Shown: positions 39,461 through 48,162 of the stretch, in pieces
Numbering within the stretch: position 1 is the first letter of the stretch
How the letters are laid out: the number at the start of each line of letters is the position of its first letter
Assembly: GCA_047495785.1 (NCBI GenBank)
Contig: JBLDXI010000099.1
Span: 1 to 64,000 of the forward strand
Reading direction: 5' to 3'
Source: Lepidodermella squamata
Lineage: Eukaryota > Animalia > Gastrotricha
DNA: 64,000 bases
Notes under the pieces: model-generated
Told to the model about the DNA's origin: nothing
Database searches by the model: none
What the model saw: the letters and a program-made list of their open reading frames with translations, nothing else
Position numbers and translations under genes: made by a program

Positions 39461-42400
39461 AGAATTTAAAAGAATTTAAATACCTAGGCGTCTATTTCAC
39501 GCATAATTTGAATTTCGACAAAATGGTGGAGGTTATCAATGCGAATACAAAACGTATAACCGCACTGATCCCGAACATGATAGAGAATTTTACTACTTAT
39601 CTTCCACCGAAAACATTTAATATTTTACACAACTCATACGTCATCGGCAACTACACTTATGCCAGTGGCCTCTGGGGCCAGACAAAAAAGAATAAAGTTT
39701 TCTCATTTAACACCCATTTCGTGAAACAAATTTGTCGAATTCCAACCTCTGCTAGGAATGAACTAGTAAATCGCGAATTCTACCTCGACCCACCTGAACT
39801 TGTCCTCACAAAATCAGCCGTCAGGTACTTTCTACGACTCAAGTTTGAGAACGAGCATGTGCTTATCAAAACTGCCTTTGACGTTATTGACGCAAATAAA
39901 AATCTATATCGCCATATTTTCAAACATTTACAAAGTAATAATAATAATAATAATGTTTTTATTTATCCTCTTCGGGACTGAGCGTCGTGTACCGTTTCCG
40001 GTTTTGAAGAGGGCGAAGGCAGGCGAAGAATGATCCTCACCCACGAACCATGTTTTTTCCCGTTCAATTCCAATTCGTAATTTTGAGTGGCTGACTCGTC
40101 CCTAGAAATAATCATATATTGAGTTTTTGCCGCGTTAATTTTCAGACCCAATTCGGTGCAAGCCAAATCGAAAATGTGAAGTAGTCGTGAAATTTCGTCG
40201 TGGTTCATGCCTAAAAGTGTTCCGTCGTCAGCAAACGCTAGTAAATTTAGGAAATCAGTCTCGCTCATAGCGGTCTCGCTGTTTGCGGTCTCGCTAATAG
40301 GAAAGCCTAATTTTTCAGCAGATATTTTTTCGCAAATTTTGTTGAAGGTCGCTATGAATAGCAAAGGAGACAACGGGCAACCCTGTCTTAGTCCCCTGGT
40401 AACATAGAAGAAATCTGAGAGCTCAGAATCGACTCTAACAGCAACTTTATTTACTTTATATAGACTTTGAATAGCTTCAATTAAGCTGGGTTCTACACCC
40501 ATATTTTGGAGGGCGGCCCATACTTTTTCCCTGTCCACCAGATCATAGGCTTTTTCGAGATCGATGAAGACTAGGTGGAGTTCCTTCTTAAAGAATATAA
40601 TTTTCTCAATAATTTGTCGGAGAACGTAAATGCAGTCTCTGGTGCCCTTGAGGGGTTGAAAACCAAATTGCAGTTTAGAAATTTTTGACCCAATTAATGC
40701 TCTCAATTTTCGTTCGAGAATAATGGCATAGAGTTTTCCTACAACACTTAAGAGGCTGATGCCTCTGTAATTTTGGCATTTTGATTTCTCACCTTTATTT
40801 TTATAAATTGGGGTAATTATAGCCGTTGACCATTCTTCTGGGACCCTCTTATCTATCCAAGCTCGATTCAAAATTTCCCTGAGCCATTCAATATTGGCCT
40901 CGCTCAGAGCTTTGATCATTTCGGGTCTTACTTCATCTATACCCGGGGCTTTACCGTTTTTCATGTGGTCGATGGCATTTTTAATTTCGGTGAGAGTAAT
41001 TTCCGTTAAATTTGGATTTTTATCTAATAGAATTTCATCGTCGGGGTTATTGGGTTCCTTTTCAAGTCCTTGTAGAAGATCAATGAAATACTTTTTCATA
41101 ACTTCTAATATTTCGTCAATTCCGCTGGTAAGTGAGCCGTCTTCTTTTTCAAGAGGATTGGGTTCGCTTCTCTCTCTATTTTCTCCCCTCAATTTTTTTA
41201 TTTCCAGCCAGAATTTTTTGATATTATCATAATCAGTCGGATTTTCAAGTAATTTGTCCAATTCAGAAAATTCAGTTTGATCCTTAATAATTTTCAAGCG
41301 TTCAAGGGCCTGGTTTTTCTCATTTCTAGCTATTGTATAATTCTCTCGGTCTATGTGGCCCTTGGTGTAGTTTTTAAAATTTTCTTTACCTTTTTGAATG
41401 ATTTTGTTGGCTAATGGTGTCCACCAGAGCGGTTTTTCGCTAATTTTGCCTACTTTTCGTTCACCGCAGGAGGATCTGGCAGCATCCAGTAGGTTAGATT
41501 TAGTGTTCACCCACTTCTCTTCTATTGAGACAGGGTTTTCGTTTTCATTTGCGATGTTGCTAGCTAAAATTTCATTAAACTTGGAACTGTGTTCCTCATT
41601 CCTAAGCAAATGATGTTTAATTGATTTTTTAATGTCAACCTTTTTCCGTTGAAAGTTTGGGCACTTACACCACTTATATAACACCACGAACTAGCCTATG
41701 ATCTGATTCGAGTATGGGTTCTTCCTGAACGTCGCAAACATCAAATTTATCTTTTTCGCTTTTATCGACCAAGATGTAGTCTAAGAAGGATCTACGAAGG
41801 GTTTTTCCGTTGCCCCTTTGCCATGTGTACCCAATGTTGGGGAAAAACGTATTAATAAAACACAGATTGTTGCTGTTTGCAAATTCAATCCATAAATCTC
41901 CTTTATCATTTCTAATGTTATCACCATAAGGGCCTACAGTTTTTGATTTTTGTGCACTCATCATCCGGCCGTTCAAATCTCCCATTACAATTGTAGTGCC
42001 TGTTTTTGAGTTCAAACGCGCATATTCTTGTTGCAGTACTTGAAGAAAGGCGTCTAATGTTTTGGTGCAATTATTTGCTGGTGCGTAGTCACATTTACAA
42101 AGTGATGTCGAAAAACTTGGGGGCACCAACATCTTCACCGCCACTTCTCAATTTGAGGGTTTGGCTCATCTTGGAAAGTGGTACGAAGTGTGGATAACAA
42201 ACAACAAAAAATCTATAGCTAATGATTTAAAAACTATATACCAAAATCCTGTTTTTACAGACGAAAATTTCGACAAATTGCTGCTATATTCTAATGCTCA
42301 TAATGCTTTTTGTCGGTGAAAAATATTAGGATACTCAGTATGATTAGGACAAACTCTCTCCATAAACCCTTTTGCTATATCAATAACTTAGGATTAAAAT

Positions 42401-42949
42401 GCATTTTCTGTCTTAAACATGGTGATTCGCTTGCTACGCCTATTAGAAATTTCCAAGATACTATAGATCTAATATGCCACCTCTATATTGAATGTAAATT
42501 TATCCCGAACCACACTCCTCTAACACAACTAGCCTCGATCGATAGTATCAATCATAATGCTAATAATTTTGTCAATTCAATTATCGAATCCATAGTAACT
42601 TGCAAATCCGTCAACAATATCGCACTGTCACACATCTTAACTATAGCTTCTAACTACCGACTCGCTCTTAAATTACACGTTTACCCTAACAGTAATAACA
42701 ATTAATGCGTAATTCTCCTGTCCTCTCTTTTCTGTCTTCGCCAATTTATTTAAATAATTCCCACGTCATGATCAGAACTACATGTATTATAACTTATATT
42801 ATAACTATATGTTATGCACGTGTATGTATAGATAATATGTATTTTGTCTGTATTTATTGTGTTGATTCGAAAATATTCCAGGACGCGCCCAAAGCCCACC
42901 CGTGGCCGGTGCTAGTTAATTTGTTTTGATCGAATAAAACATTGCTTGC
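39461..42949 (+). mobile_element. 5'-truncated non-LTR retrotransposon (RT thumb to C-terminal Cys/His knuckle, 3' UTR), interrupted by a second LINE
   Basis: Starts just before KEFKYLGV. The frame continues across the nested insertion (HLQS|DVEK), then a frameshift near 42310 leads to CIFC...HLYIEC. AATAAA and a ttgcttgc tail follow. 13-bp TSD ttatttttacgca at 39448-39460 and 42950-42962. Confidence 0.9.
39937..42090 (-). mobile_element. Nested antisense non-LTR retrotransposon (APE endonuclease + RT, RTE/L2-like), 5'-truncated, internally deleted, frameshifted
   Basis: APE motifs GDLN, LDYI, SDHRLV; RT motifs YRGISLL, QFGF, FIDLEKAYD, GLRQGCPLSP, FADD. (ATT)n tail at 39937-39953. 13-bp TSD acatttacaaagt at 39924-39936 and 42091-42103. 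Confidence 0.93.
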
Positions 42950-44279
42950 TTATTTTTACGCACATTTTGACAGGCGTAAAGCTGGGCTCATGCTAATAAT
43001 AATAATACGGCCAATTTCGCCGGATTTTCCCTTCTGCTCTTTTTTCTTTGTCGTTCAGTCTAATAGGAATTAGTAGACAAAATGCTGGGGTATGAATGGC
43101 GAAATTGTGGCGCTTTTTTACACTGTCACAGAAAGAGCCATTGGCGGTTTTTGAAAAATTCTTTATATCCAAATCAAGCCCAAATCAACCCCTGCTCCCG
43201 GTGTCGTTAATTTTTCAGAATTTTCTTTACAAAGTTGCGTTGGAAATGGACAAAATTGTACTCATATACGCTTGAAGGAAAGCAAACCAACCATGCGGTA
43301 AAACAGAGTTGAAAAACGCCTCATGCTCTGCGGTGTCCACTTTCTGTAAGGCAACGTTTCTTCATCAACGCCATCTTCAGCCATATTTCAAAACTAGGCA
43401 ATCAAAGCTCTAAAAGTAACACACAAAATAATGATTGGGTTTTACAGTCTAGAAACAAAGAAAATAATGCAACACTTTTTTATTTCAGTTCTGATGCGAT
43501 ATATAGGTAACCCTAGAGAAAATAATTCCCCCATGCCATTGCCATTGTAAGAGCAAAATAAAAAAATTAGGTTTACTGAAAGGTTTATCTACAGTTTGAA
43601 GAGTTTCATGTTCGCAAAAATTTCTAACATTCCTCCGAAATCTACCTTGAATTGAATCTATATTGTTGGGATTGTTTAAATATATCGATAGAGTTTTTAT
43701 GTTAATTTCACTTTTAATAATAATAATATTAATATTATTAATAATAATAATAATTTAATTTCGAAATTACTTACAGGATTAGAAGGGCAGGCCACTAACA
43801 CCAACCTGATTACAATAATAGTTTGCATTTTATATCGGATTTAAAAAAGAATGATTAGCAAATGAAAATGCATAGCAGATTATATGATGCTCCGCGCATG
43901 AAATGAAGAGTCATTTACGAAATTAATTACGTGGCTTTGGCCAAATGACTAACGGTCGGCCTGGAGAAAGTTACGTTTTTGTAGGGTAGAACCGGTAAAA
44001 CGAAAGCAGAAACTTGCTTTAAAACCTTGTTTTAAAAAATTGCCAGTTAAGCCCGTTGCTCACAGCCGTCGAAATGGCATTAATGACGCGGCGCGGTGTT
44101 CGGCACAACTTGTGACGCGCCGCCACCATCAACGGCTGCTTCTGCGAGGCAAGTCGCGCGGCACACACACACACACAAATAACCACAAATTATAGCCCAA
44201 AGGCTTTTGCATTCAGTACGTAGCTTTTGCGACGCGGTTTACGTCATATTGACCGCGCAAACTAAATCGCATGAGCAGC

Positions 44280-44351
44280 TCCGTGATGGTCTAGTGGTTA
44301 GGATTCCGCGCTTTCACCGCGGCGGCCCGGGTTCGATTCCCGGTCAGGGAA
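44280..44351 (+). tRNA. tRNA-Glu-TTC: tRNA-Glu(TTC); one G-G mismatch in the acceptor stem
   Basis: Cloverleaf, anticodon arm ccgcg-CT TTC AC-cgcgg, GGTTCGATTCC, downstream T run. Confidence 0.9.
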
Positions 44352-44425
44352 AGTTTTTGAGCTTTGCAATGTCAATTGTAGGTTTTGGTACGAAAAAGAG
44401 AGCTTGCCGCCGAAAAAGTCAAGCA

Positions 44426-44497
44426 AGGCTCAGGGGGGGATCGAACCCTCGATCTTCTGCTTACTAGGCAGACGCTCTACCACTAAGCTACTGAGCC
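44426..44497 (-). tRNA. tRNA-Thr-AGT: tRNA-Thr(AGT)
   Basis: rc ggctcagtagcttagtggtagagcg tctgc CT AGT AA gcaga ... ggttcgatcc. Confidence 0.95.
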
Positions 44498-44573
44498 GAG
44501 GCTGGGTATTTTTGCAGCAGTAGCATTATTTGTAGAGAAGTCTAGCCAGGTTATGAAATTCAGCGAGAAAAAT

Positions 44574-44646
44574 TGGAGGATACGGGCGTCGATCCCGTTA
44601 CCTCTCGCATGCTAAGCGAGCGCTCTACCATTTGAGCTAATCCCCC
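44574..44646 (-). tRNA. tRNA-Ala-AGC: tRNA-Ala(AGC)
   Basis: rc gggggattagctcaaatggtagagcg ctcgc TT AGC AT gcgag. Confidence 0.95.
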
Positions 44647-44717
44647 GTGGTATTAACTAGACAATTTATTGCTATGATTAAAACTGTGGCTTCGTTAAAT
44701 TGCTTTGAAAAAGCTTG

Positions 44718-44790
44718 CGCCCTCCGGGGGACTCGAACCCCCGACCCTGTGATTAAAAGTCACATGCTCTACCGACTGAGCTAGGAAGGC
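44718..44790 (-). tRNA. tRNA-Lys-TTT: tRNA-Lys(TTT)
   Basis: rc gccttcctagctcagtcggtagagca tgtga CT TTT AA tcaca. Confidence 0.95.
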
Positions 44791-44861
44791 CATTGCAAAT
44801 GGCGGCTATTCTCAGAGCGTCATTACATTTAGCCGGCACTTTCACCTGTTGCAAAAGTAAT

Positions 44862-44934
44862 CGACGCTGATGGGACTCGAACCCACAATCTTCGGATCCG
44901 AAGTCCGACGCGATAGCCATTTCGCCACAGCGCC
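44862..44934 (-). tRNA. tRNA-Arg-TCG: tRNA-Arg(TCG)
   Basis: rc ggcgctgtggcgaaatggctatcgcg tcgga CT TCG GA tccga. Confidence 0.93.
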
Positions 44935-45087
44935 TATCGATAGATGTGGCAATGCAATGCGCTCATCCTGTCAACGGCAGCTTCCACGTGGAGGAGAGGT
45001 TTTCTACGCGGAAATGAGCGGCCTAATTTCTCATATTTTCCCAAATTGCGGGTGGATTACAAAAACCTCCTTGTGAAGCTACATCTC

Positions 45088-45171
45088 GTCAGGATGGCCG
45101 AGCGGTCTAAGGCGCCAGACTCAAGATCTGGTCCTCGAAAGAGGGCGTGGGTTCGAACCCCACTTCTGACA
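45088..45171 (+). tRNA. tRNA-Leu-CAA: tRNA-Leu(CAA), intronless
   Basis: gtcaggatggccgagcggtctaaggcg ccaga CT CAA GA tctgg, long variable arm. Confidence 0.96.
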
Positions 45172-45269
45172 CTATTTTTCACATTTTTAGAGCAATTTCC
45201 AGTCACTTTCACCACCGATAAGTATAGCAACTAAGCTTCGTGAGGATGTTACGCGAAAAAATTGCCAAC

Positions 45270-45341
45270 TGGAGGCATCGGGGATTGAACCCGAGACCTT
45301 CACAATGCGAATGAGACGCTCTACCACTGAGCTATGCCCCC
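45270..45341 (-). tRNA. tRNA-Ala-CGC: tRNA-Ala(CGC); T-T mismatch in the anticodon stem
   Basis: rc gggggcatagctcagtggtagagcg tctca TT CGC AT tgtga. Confidence 0.88.
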
Positions 45342-45429
45342 TAGGCTAGTGCAAGAAAATCTTCATAAACTGGTGACTACAACGATCGCAGCAGTGGAGT
45401 GCAACGTTTGCTTGAAAAAAATGTTGCCA

Positions 45430-45501
45430 AGGTCCCATCGAGAATCGAACTCGAGTCGCTGGATTCAGAGTCCAGAGTGCTAACCGCTACACCATGGAAC
45501 C
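45430..45501 (-). tRNA. tRNA-Gln-CTG: tRNA-Gln(CTG)
   Basis: rc ggttccatggtgtagcggttagcact ctgga CT CTG AA tccag. Confidence 0.96.
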
Positions 45502-45569
45502 TCTCGAAAACTGGTTCTGGAAAGGTCAGCTTTAATTCTGTTACTAGCAGCAATGTTGCTAAAAACGTG

Positions 45570-45641
45570 TGCGTCAGCCGGGAGTCGAACCCGGATCGGC
45601 TGCTTGGAAGGCAACCATGCTGACCGTTACACCACTGACGC
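45570..45641 (-). tRNA. tRNA-Gly-TCC: tRNA-Gly(TCC)
   Basis: rc gcgtcagtggtgtaacggtcagcatg gttgc CT TCC AA gcagc. Confidence 0.95.
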
Positions 45642-45717
45642 CTCACGAATGTGAGATGAGAGGACTGTTCTGGAGGCTAACTGCAGAATAGAGTGTCAGT
45701 CGTTATGCAAAAACTGT

Positions 45718-45790
45718 CGTCGCCAGTACCTACGCGCGGAGACCGCATCTGATTTCTAGTCAGACCCCTTAACCACTCGGGCATAGCGAC
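45718..45790 (-). pseudogene. tRNA-Ser(AGA) with a 9-nt deletion removing the T-loop/B-box
   Basis: Near-identical to Ser(CGA) at 46970-47051 but lacks ggattcgaa. Anticodon loop CT AGA AA. Confidence 0.9.
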
Positions 45791-45947
45791 TTGAGTGGCC
45801 CTTCAGCAGTTTCAGAAACGATACACCCGAACGACGTTACTGGCTAGTTTTATATTGGCAACTGTTAAACTATTTTGCTAGGCTCGCTTGCGATATGCTA
45901 GCTTGGCAAGATGTCGTCTGCGGGATATCAATACATTCCAACATCCC

Positions 45948-46031
45948 GTCAGGATGGCCGAGCGGTCCAAGGCGCTGCGTTCAGGTCGCAGTCAGTTTCT
46001 ACTGGCGTGGGTTCGAATCCCACTTCTGACA
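45948..46031 (+). tRNA. tRNA-Leu-CAG: tRNA-Leu(CAG)
   Basis: ctgcg TT CAG GT cgcag, long variable arm, GGTTCGAATCC. Confidence 0.96.
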
Positions 46032-46122
46032 TGACAGTTTTTTAGGCGTATCCACCCAGTACGTAAGTAGCACAGAGACCTGAAGACTTGAAGATTGCTG
46101 ATCAAAGCTGTGCTAATGTGCC

Positions 46123-46195
46123 GGTTCGGTGGTGTAGTGGTTATCACATCTGCCTAACACGCAGAAGGTCGCCGGTTCAATCCCGGCCCGAATCA
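46123..46195 (+). tRNA. tRNA-Val-AAC: tRNA-Val(AAC)
   Basis: tctgc CT AAC AC gcaga, GGTTCAATCC. Confidence 0.95.
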
Positions 46196-46296
46196 GCTGT
46201 AAGCTTTTTGGCTATAACAAAAACCAGCTAAACTGTCTCAATGATAAATTCAAAAAAATTGAACCGCCTGCCACTGTCTCGAGTTCTGTGTGACTC

Positions 46297-46368
46297 TGCC
46301 ACGGCCTGGAGTCGAACCAGGGTCACCTCGGCCACAACGAGGAATACTAACCACTATACTACCGTGGC
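46297..46368 (-). tRNA. tRNA-His-GTG: tRNA-His(GTG)
   Basis: rc gccacggtagtatagtggttagtatt cctcg TT GTG GC cgagg. Confidence 0.95.
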
Positions 46369-46480
46369 TGATTTCGCGGTTAAACACAAAATTCGACAGC
46401 GGTCTATTATCAACATCTAGCTGACCATCATCATCTGCAAAACATCAGGCAGCACTTGTCAGATGGCTTTTACCTGAGAA

Positions 46481-46562
46481 GACGCGGTGGCCGAGTGGTT
46501 AAGGCGATGGACTGCTAATCCATTGGGCTCTGCCCGCGAGGGTTCGAATCCCTTCTGCGTCG
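46481..46562 (+). tRNA. tRNA-Ser-GCT: tRNA-Ser(GCT)
   Basis: atgga CT GCT AA tccat, long variable arm. Confidence 0.96.
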
Positions 46563-46647
46563 TGAATAATTTTGCCGACAAGTTCAAAGCCGACGCTAGT
46601 TTTTCTGGCTTTAAACATGATGACATAAATTTCTTTAAAAATTAATG

Positions 46648-46719
46648 CTCCTTGGCAGGGAATCGAACCCTGGTCTCCCGCGTGACAGGCGGGGATACTA
46701 ACCACTATACTACCAAGGA
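46648..46719 (-). tRNA. tRNA-Asp-GTC: tRNA-Asp(GTC)
   Basis: rc tccttggtagtatagtggttagtatc cccgc CT GTC AC gcggg. Confidence 0.96.
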
Positions 46720-46809
46720 TTGCACGAATGTTGATGGTCTTCGAATAGCTTCTCCCTCGCTTCCACGCCAACAGAAGGCCATTCCGTCAAAAATGTGACT
46801 TGGCGCAGA

Positions 46810-46880
46810 TGCATCGGCCGGGAATCGAACCCGGGCCTCCCGCGTGGCAGGCGAGAATTCTACCACTGAACCACCGATGC
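46810..46880 (-). tRNA. tRNA-Gly-GCC: tRNA-Gly(GCC)
   Basis: rc gcatcggtggttcagtggtagaatt ctcgc CT GCC AC gcggg. Confidence 0.97.
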
Positions 46881-46969
46881 GCTGCTTGATGACTAGCTCA
46901 TGGGCGCCATGTAGAGGCGTTCAAATCATAATGTCGAGCCGCAATTGAGGCCGAACGCCAAAAACTAAG

Positions 46970-47051
46970 CGTCGCCAGTAGGATTCGAACCTACGCGCGG
47001 AAACCGCATCTGATTTCGAGTCAGACCCCTTAACCACTCGGGCATAGCGAC
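46970..47051 (-). tRNA. tRNA-Ser-CGA: tRNA-Ser(CGA)
   Basis: rc tctga CT CGA AA tcaga, long variable arm, GGTTCGAATCC. Confidence 0.95.
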
Positions 47052-47185
47052 TGTTCTAAGATACAATGATACGCCTTTTCAGGCATATCCCAAATTCGAG
47101 CAGTCGCGTATTTCAGACGAGCTAACTCTGACAAGGATATTACTACAGTTTGCAACCATCACCACGGGTAATGCTATTTTGTCAA

Positions 47186-47258
47186 GCCGAGATAGCTCAG
47201 TTGGGAGAGCGTTAGACTGAAGATCTAAAGGTCCCTGGTTCGATCCCGGGTCTCGGCG
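47186..47258 (+). tRNA. tRNA-Phe-GAA: tRNA-Phe(GAA)
   Basis: gccgagatagctcagttgggagagcg ttaga CT GAA GA tctaa. Confidence 0.97.
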
Positions 47259-47310
47259 ACTTCAAACCTTTTTCCCAATAAGCAGAACGTATAGCCAAAA
47301 ATGTTACAAC

Positions 47311-47396
47311 TCCCGCGAGGCGGACTTGAACCACCGACCTAAGGATTGCTGCCTTTCATCTACAGTCCTCCGCTCTACCAGCTGAGCTATCGCGGG
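47311..47396 (-). tRNA. tRNA-Tyr-GTA: tRNA-Tyr(GTA) with a 13-nt intron (47347-47359)
   Basis: rc ...gagga CT GTA G [atgaaaggcagca] A tcctt; intron at the canonical 37/38 position. Confidence 0.95.
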
Positions 47397-47488
47397 TTAG
47401 TTACGCTTACATTGGGTGTATACTATTATAATTCTGTGGAGCGGAGATTGCTCGTAATTCTATTACGGCTGGGCTTTGCAAAAACATG

Positions 47489-47562
47489 TGGCCACTGGGA
47501 GGATCGAACTCACGACCTTCGCGTTATTAGCACGACGCTCTAACCAACTGAGCTAAGCGGCC
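47489..47562 (-). tRNA. tRNA-Ile-AAT: tRNA-Ile(AAT)
   Basis: rc ggccgcttagctcagttggttagagcg tcgtg CT AAT AA cgcga. Confidence 0.96.
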
Positions 47563-47669
47563 AGTTGAACTTGTACGTCGAAACCTTCAACTTGCTTGCC
47601 GGTGATGGTCTGAACGTCGCCGTGAAGTGAAAAATGATCACAATCAACAATTGAAACTCGCAAAAAGAA

Positions 47670-47742
47670 TGGAGGATACGGGCGTCGATCCCGTTACCTC
47701 TCGCATGCTAAGCGAGCGCTCTACCATTTGAGCTAATCCCCC
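47670..47742 (-). tRNA. tRNA-Ala-AGC: tRNA-Ala(AGC), identical body to 44574-44646
   Basis: Same 73-nt sequence with different flanks. Confidence 0.95.
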
Positions 47743-47821
47743 GATGTTGATGCTATGCCATTGTGTATACCCTTTTGACAGCGTCTCACATTGTGCAGTA
47801 TAGCTTGAATGCCAAAACAGA

Positions 47822-47894
47822 TGACCCCGACGTGACTTGAACACGCAACCTTCTGATCTGGAGTCAGACGCTCTGCCAATTGAGCTACGGAGTC
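47822..47894 (-). tRNA. tRNA-Trp-CCA: tRNA-Trp(CCA)
   Basis: rc gactccgtagctcaattggcagagcg tctga CT CCA GA tcaga. Confidence 0.96.
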
Positions 47895-47972
47895 GATATT
47901 TTTAATTTCGGCTTAGACACCCCTTGCGAGCCATTTTTGGCTAACGAACTCCAACCATTGACAAAAACGCAA

Positions 47973-48044
47973 GGGCCTGTCCGGGAATTGAACCCGGGAC
48001 CTCTCGCACCCTAAGCGAGAATCATACCACTAGACCAACAGGCC
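47973..48044 (-). tRNA. tRNA-Pro-AGG: tRNA-Pro(AGG)
   Basis: rc ggcctgttggtctagtggtatgatt ctcgc TT AGG GT gcgag. Confidence 0.96.
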
Positions 48045-48127
48045 AAGTTAAATTCCCAGTCTGGTACCTGAAATCCACTGGAATGAGTAAGGAACGAGTG
48101 AGCCTGTAAATTTATCAAAAACTAACT

Positions 48128-48162
48128 AGGTCCTGCCGAGAGTCGAACTCGGGTCGCTGGAT
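48128..48162 (-). pseudogene. 3' half of a tRNA-Gln, cut in the anticodon loop
   Basis: aggtcctgccgagagtcgaactcgggtcgctggat aligns with the first 35 nt of the Gln gene at 45430 and then switches abruptly to the 4803-bp repeat. Confidence 0.88.

Noticed and set aside
39461-42949. A single LINE with an internal inversion
   Set aside because: Two independent 13-bp TSDs and two different 3' tails indicate two nested insertions.
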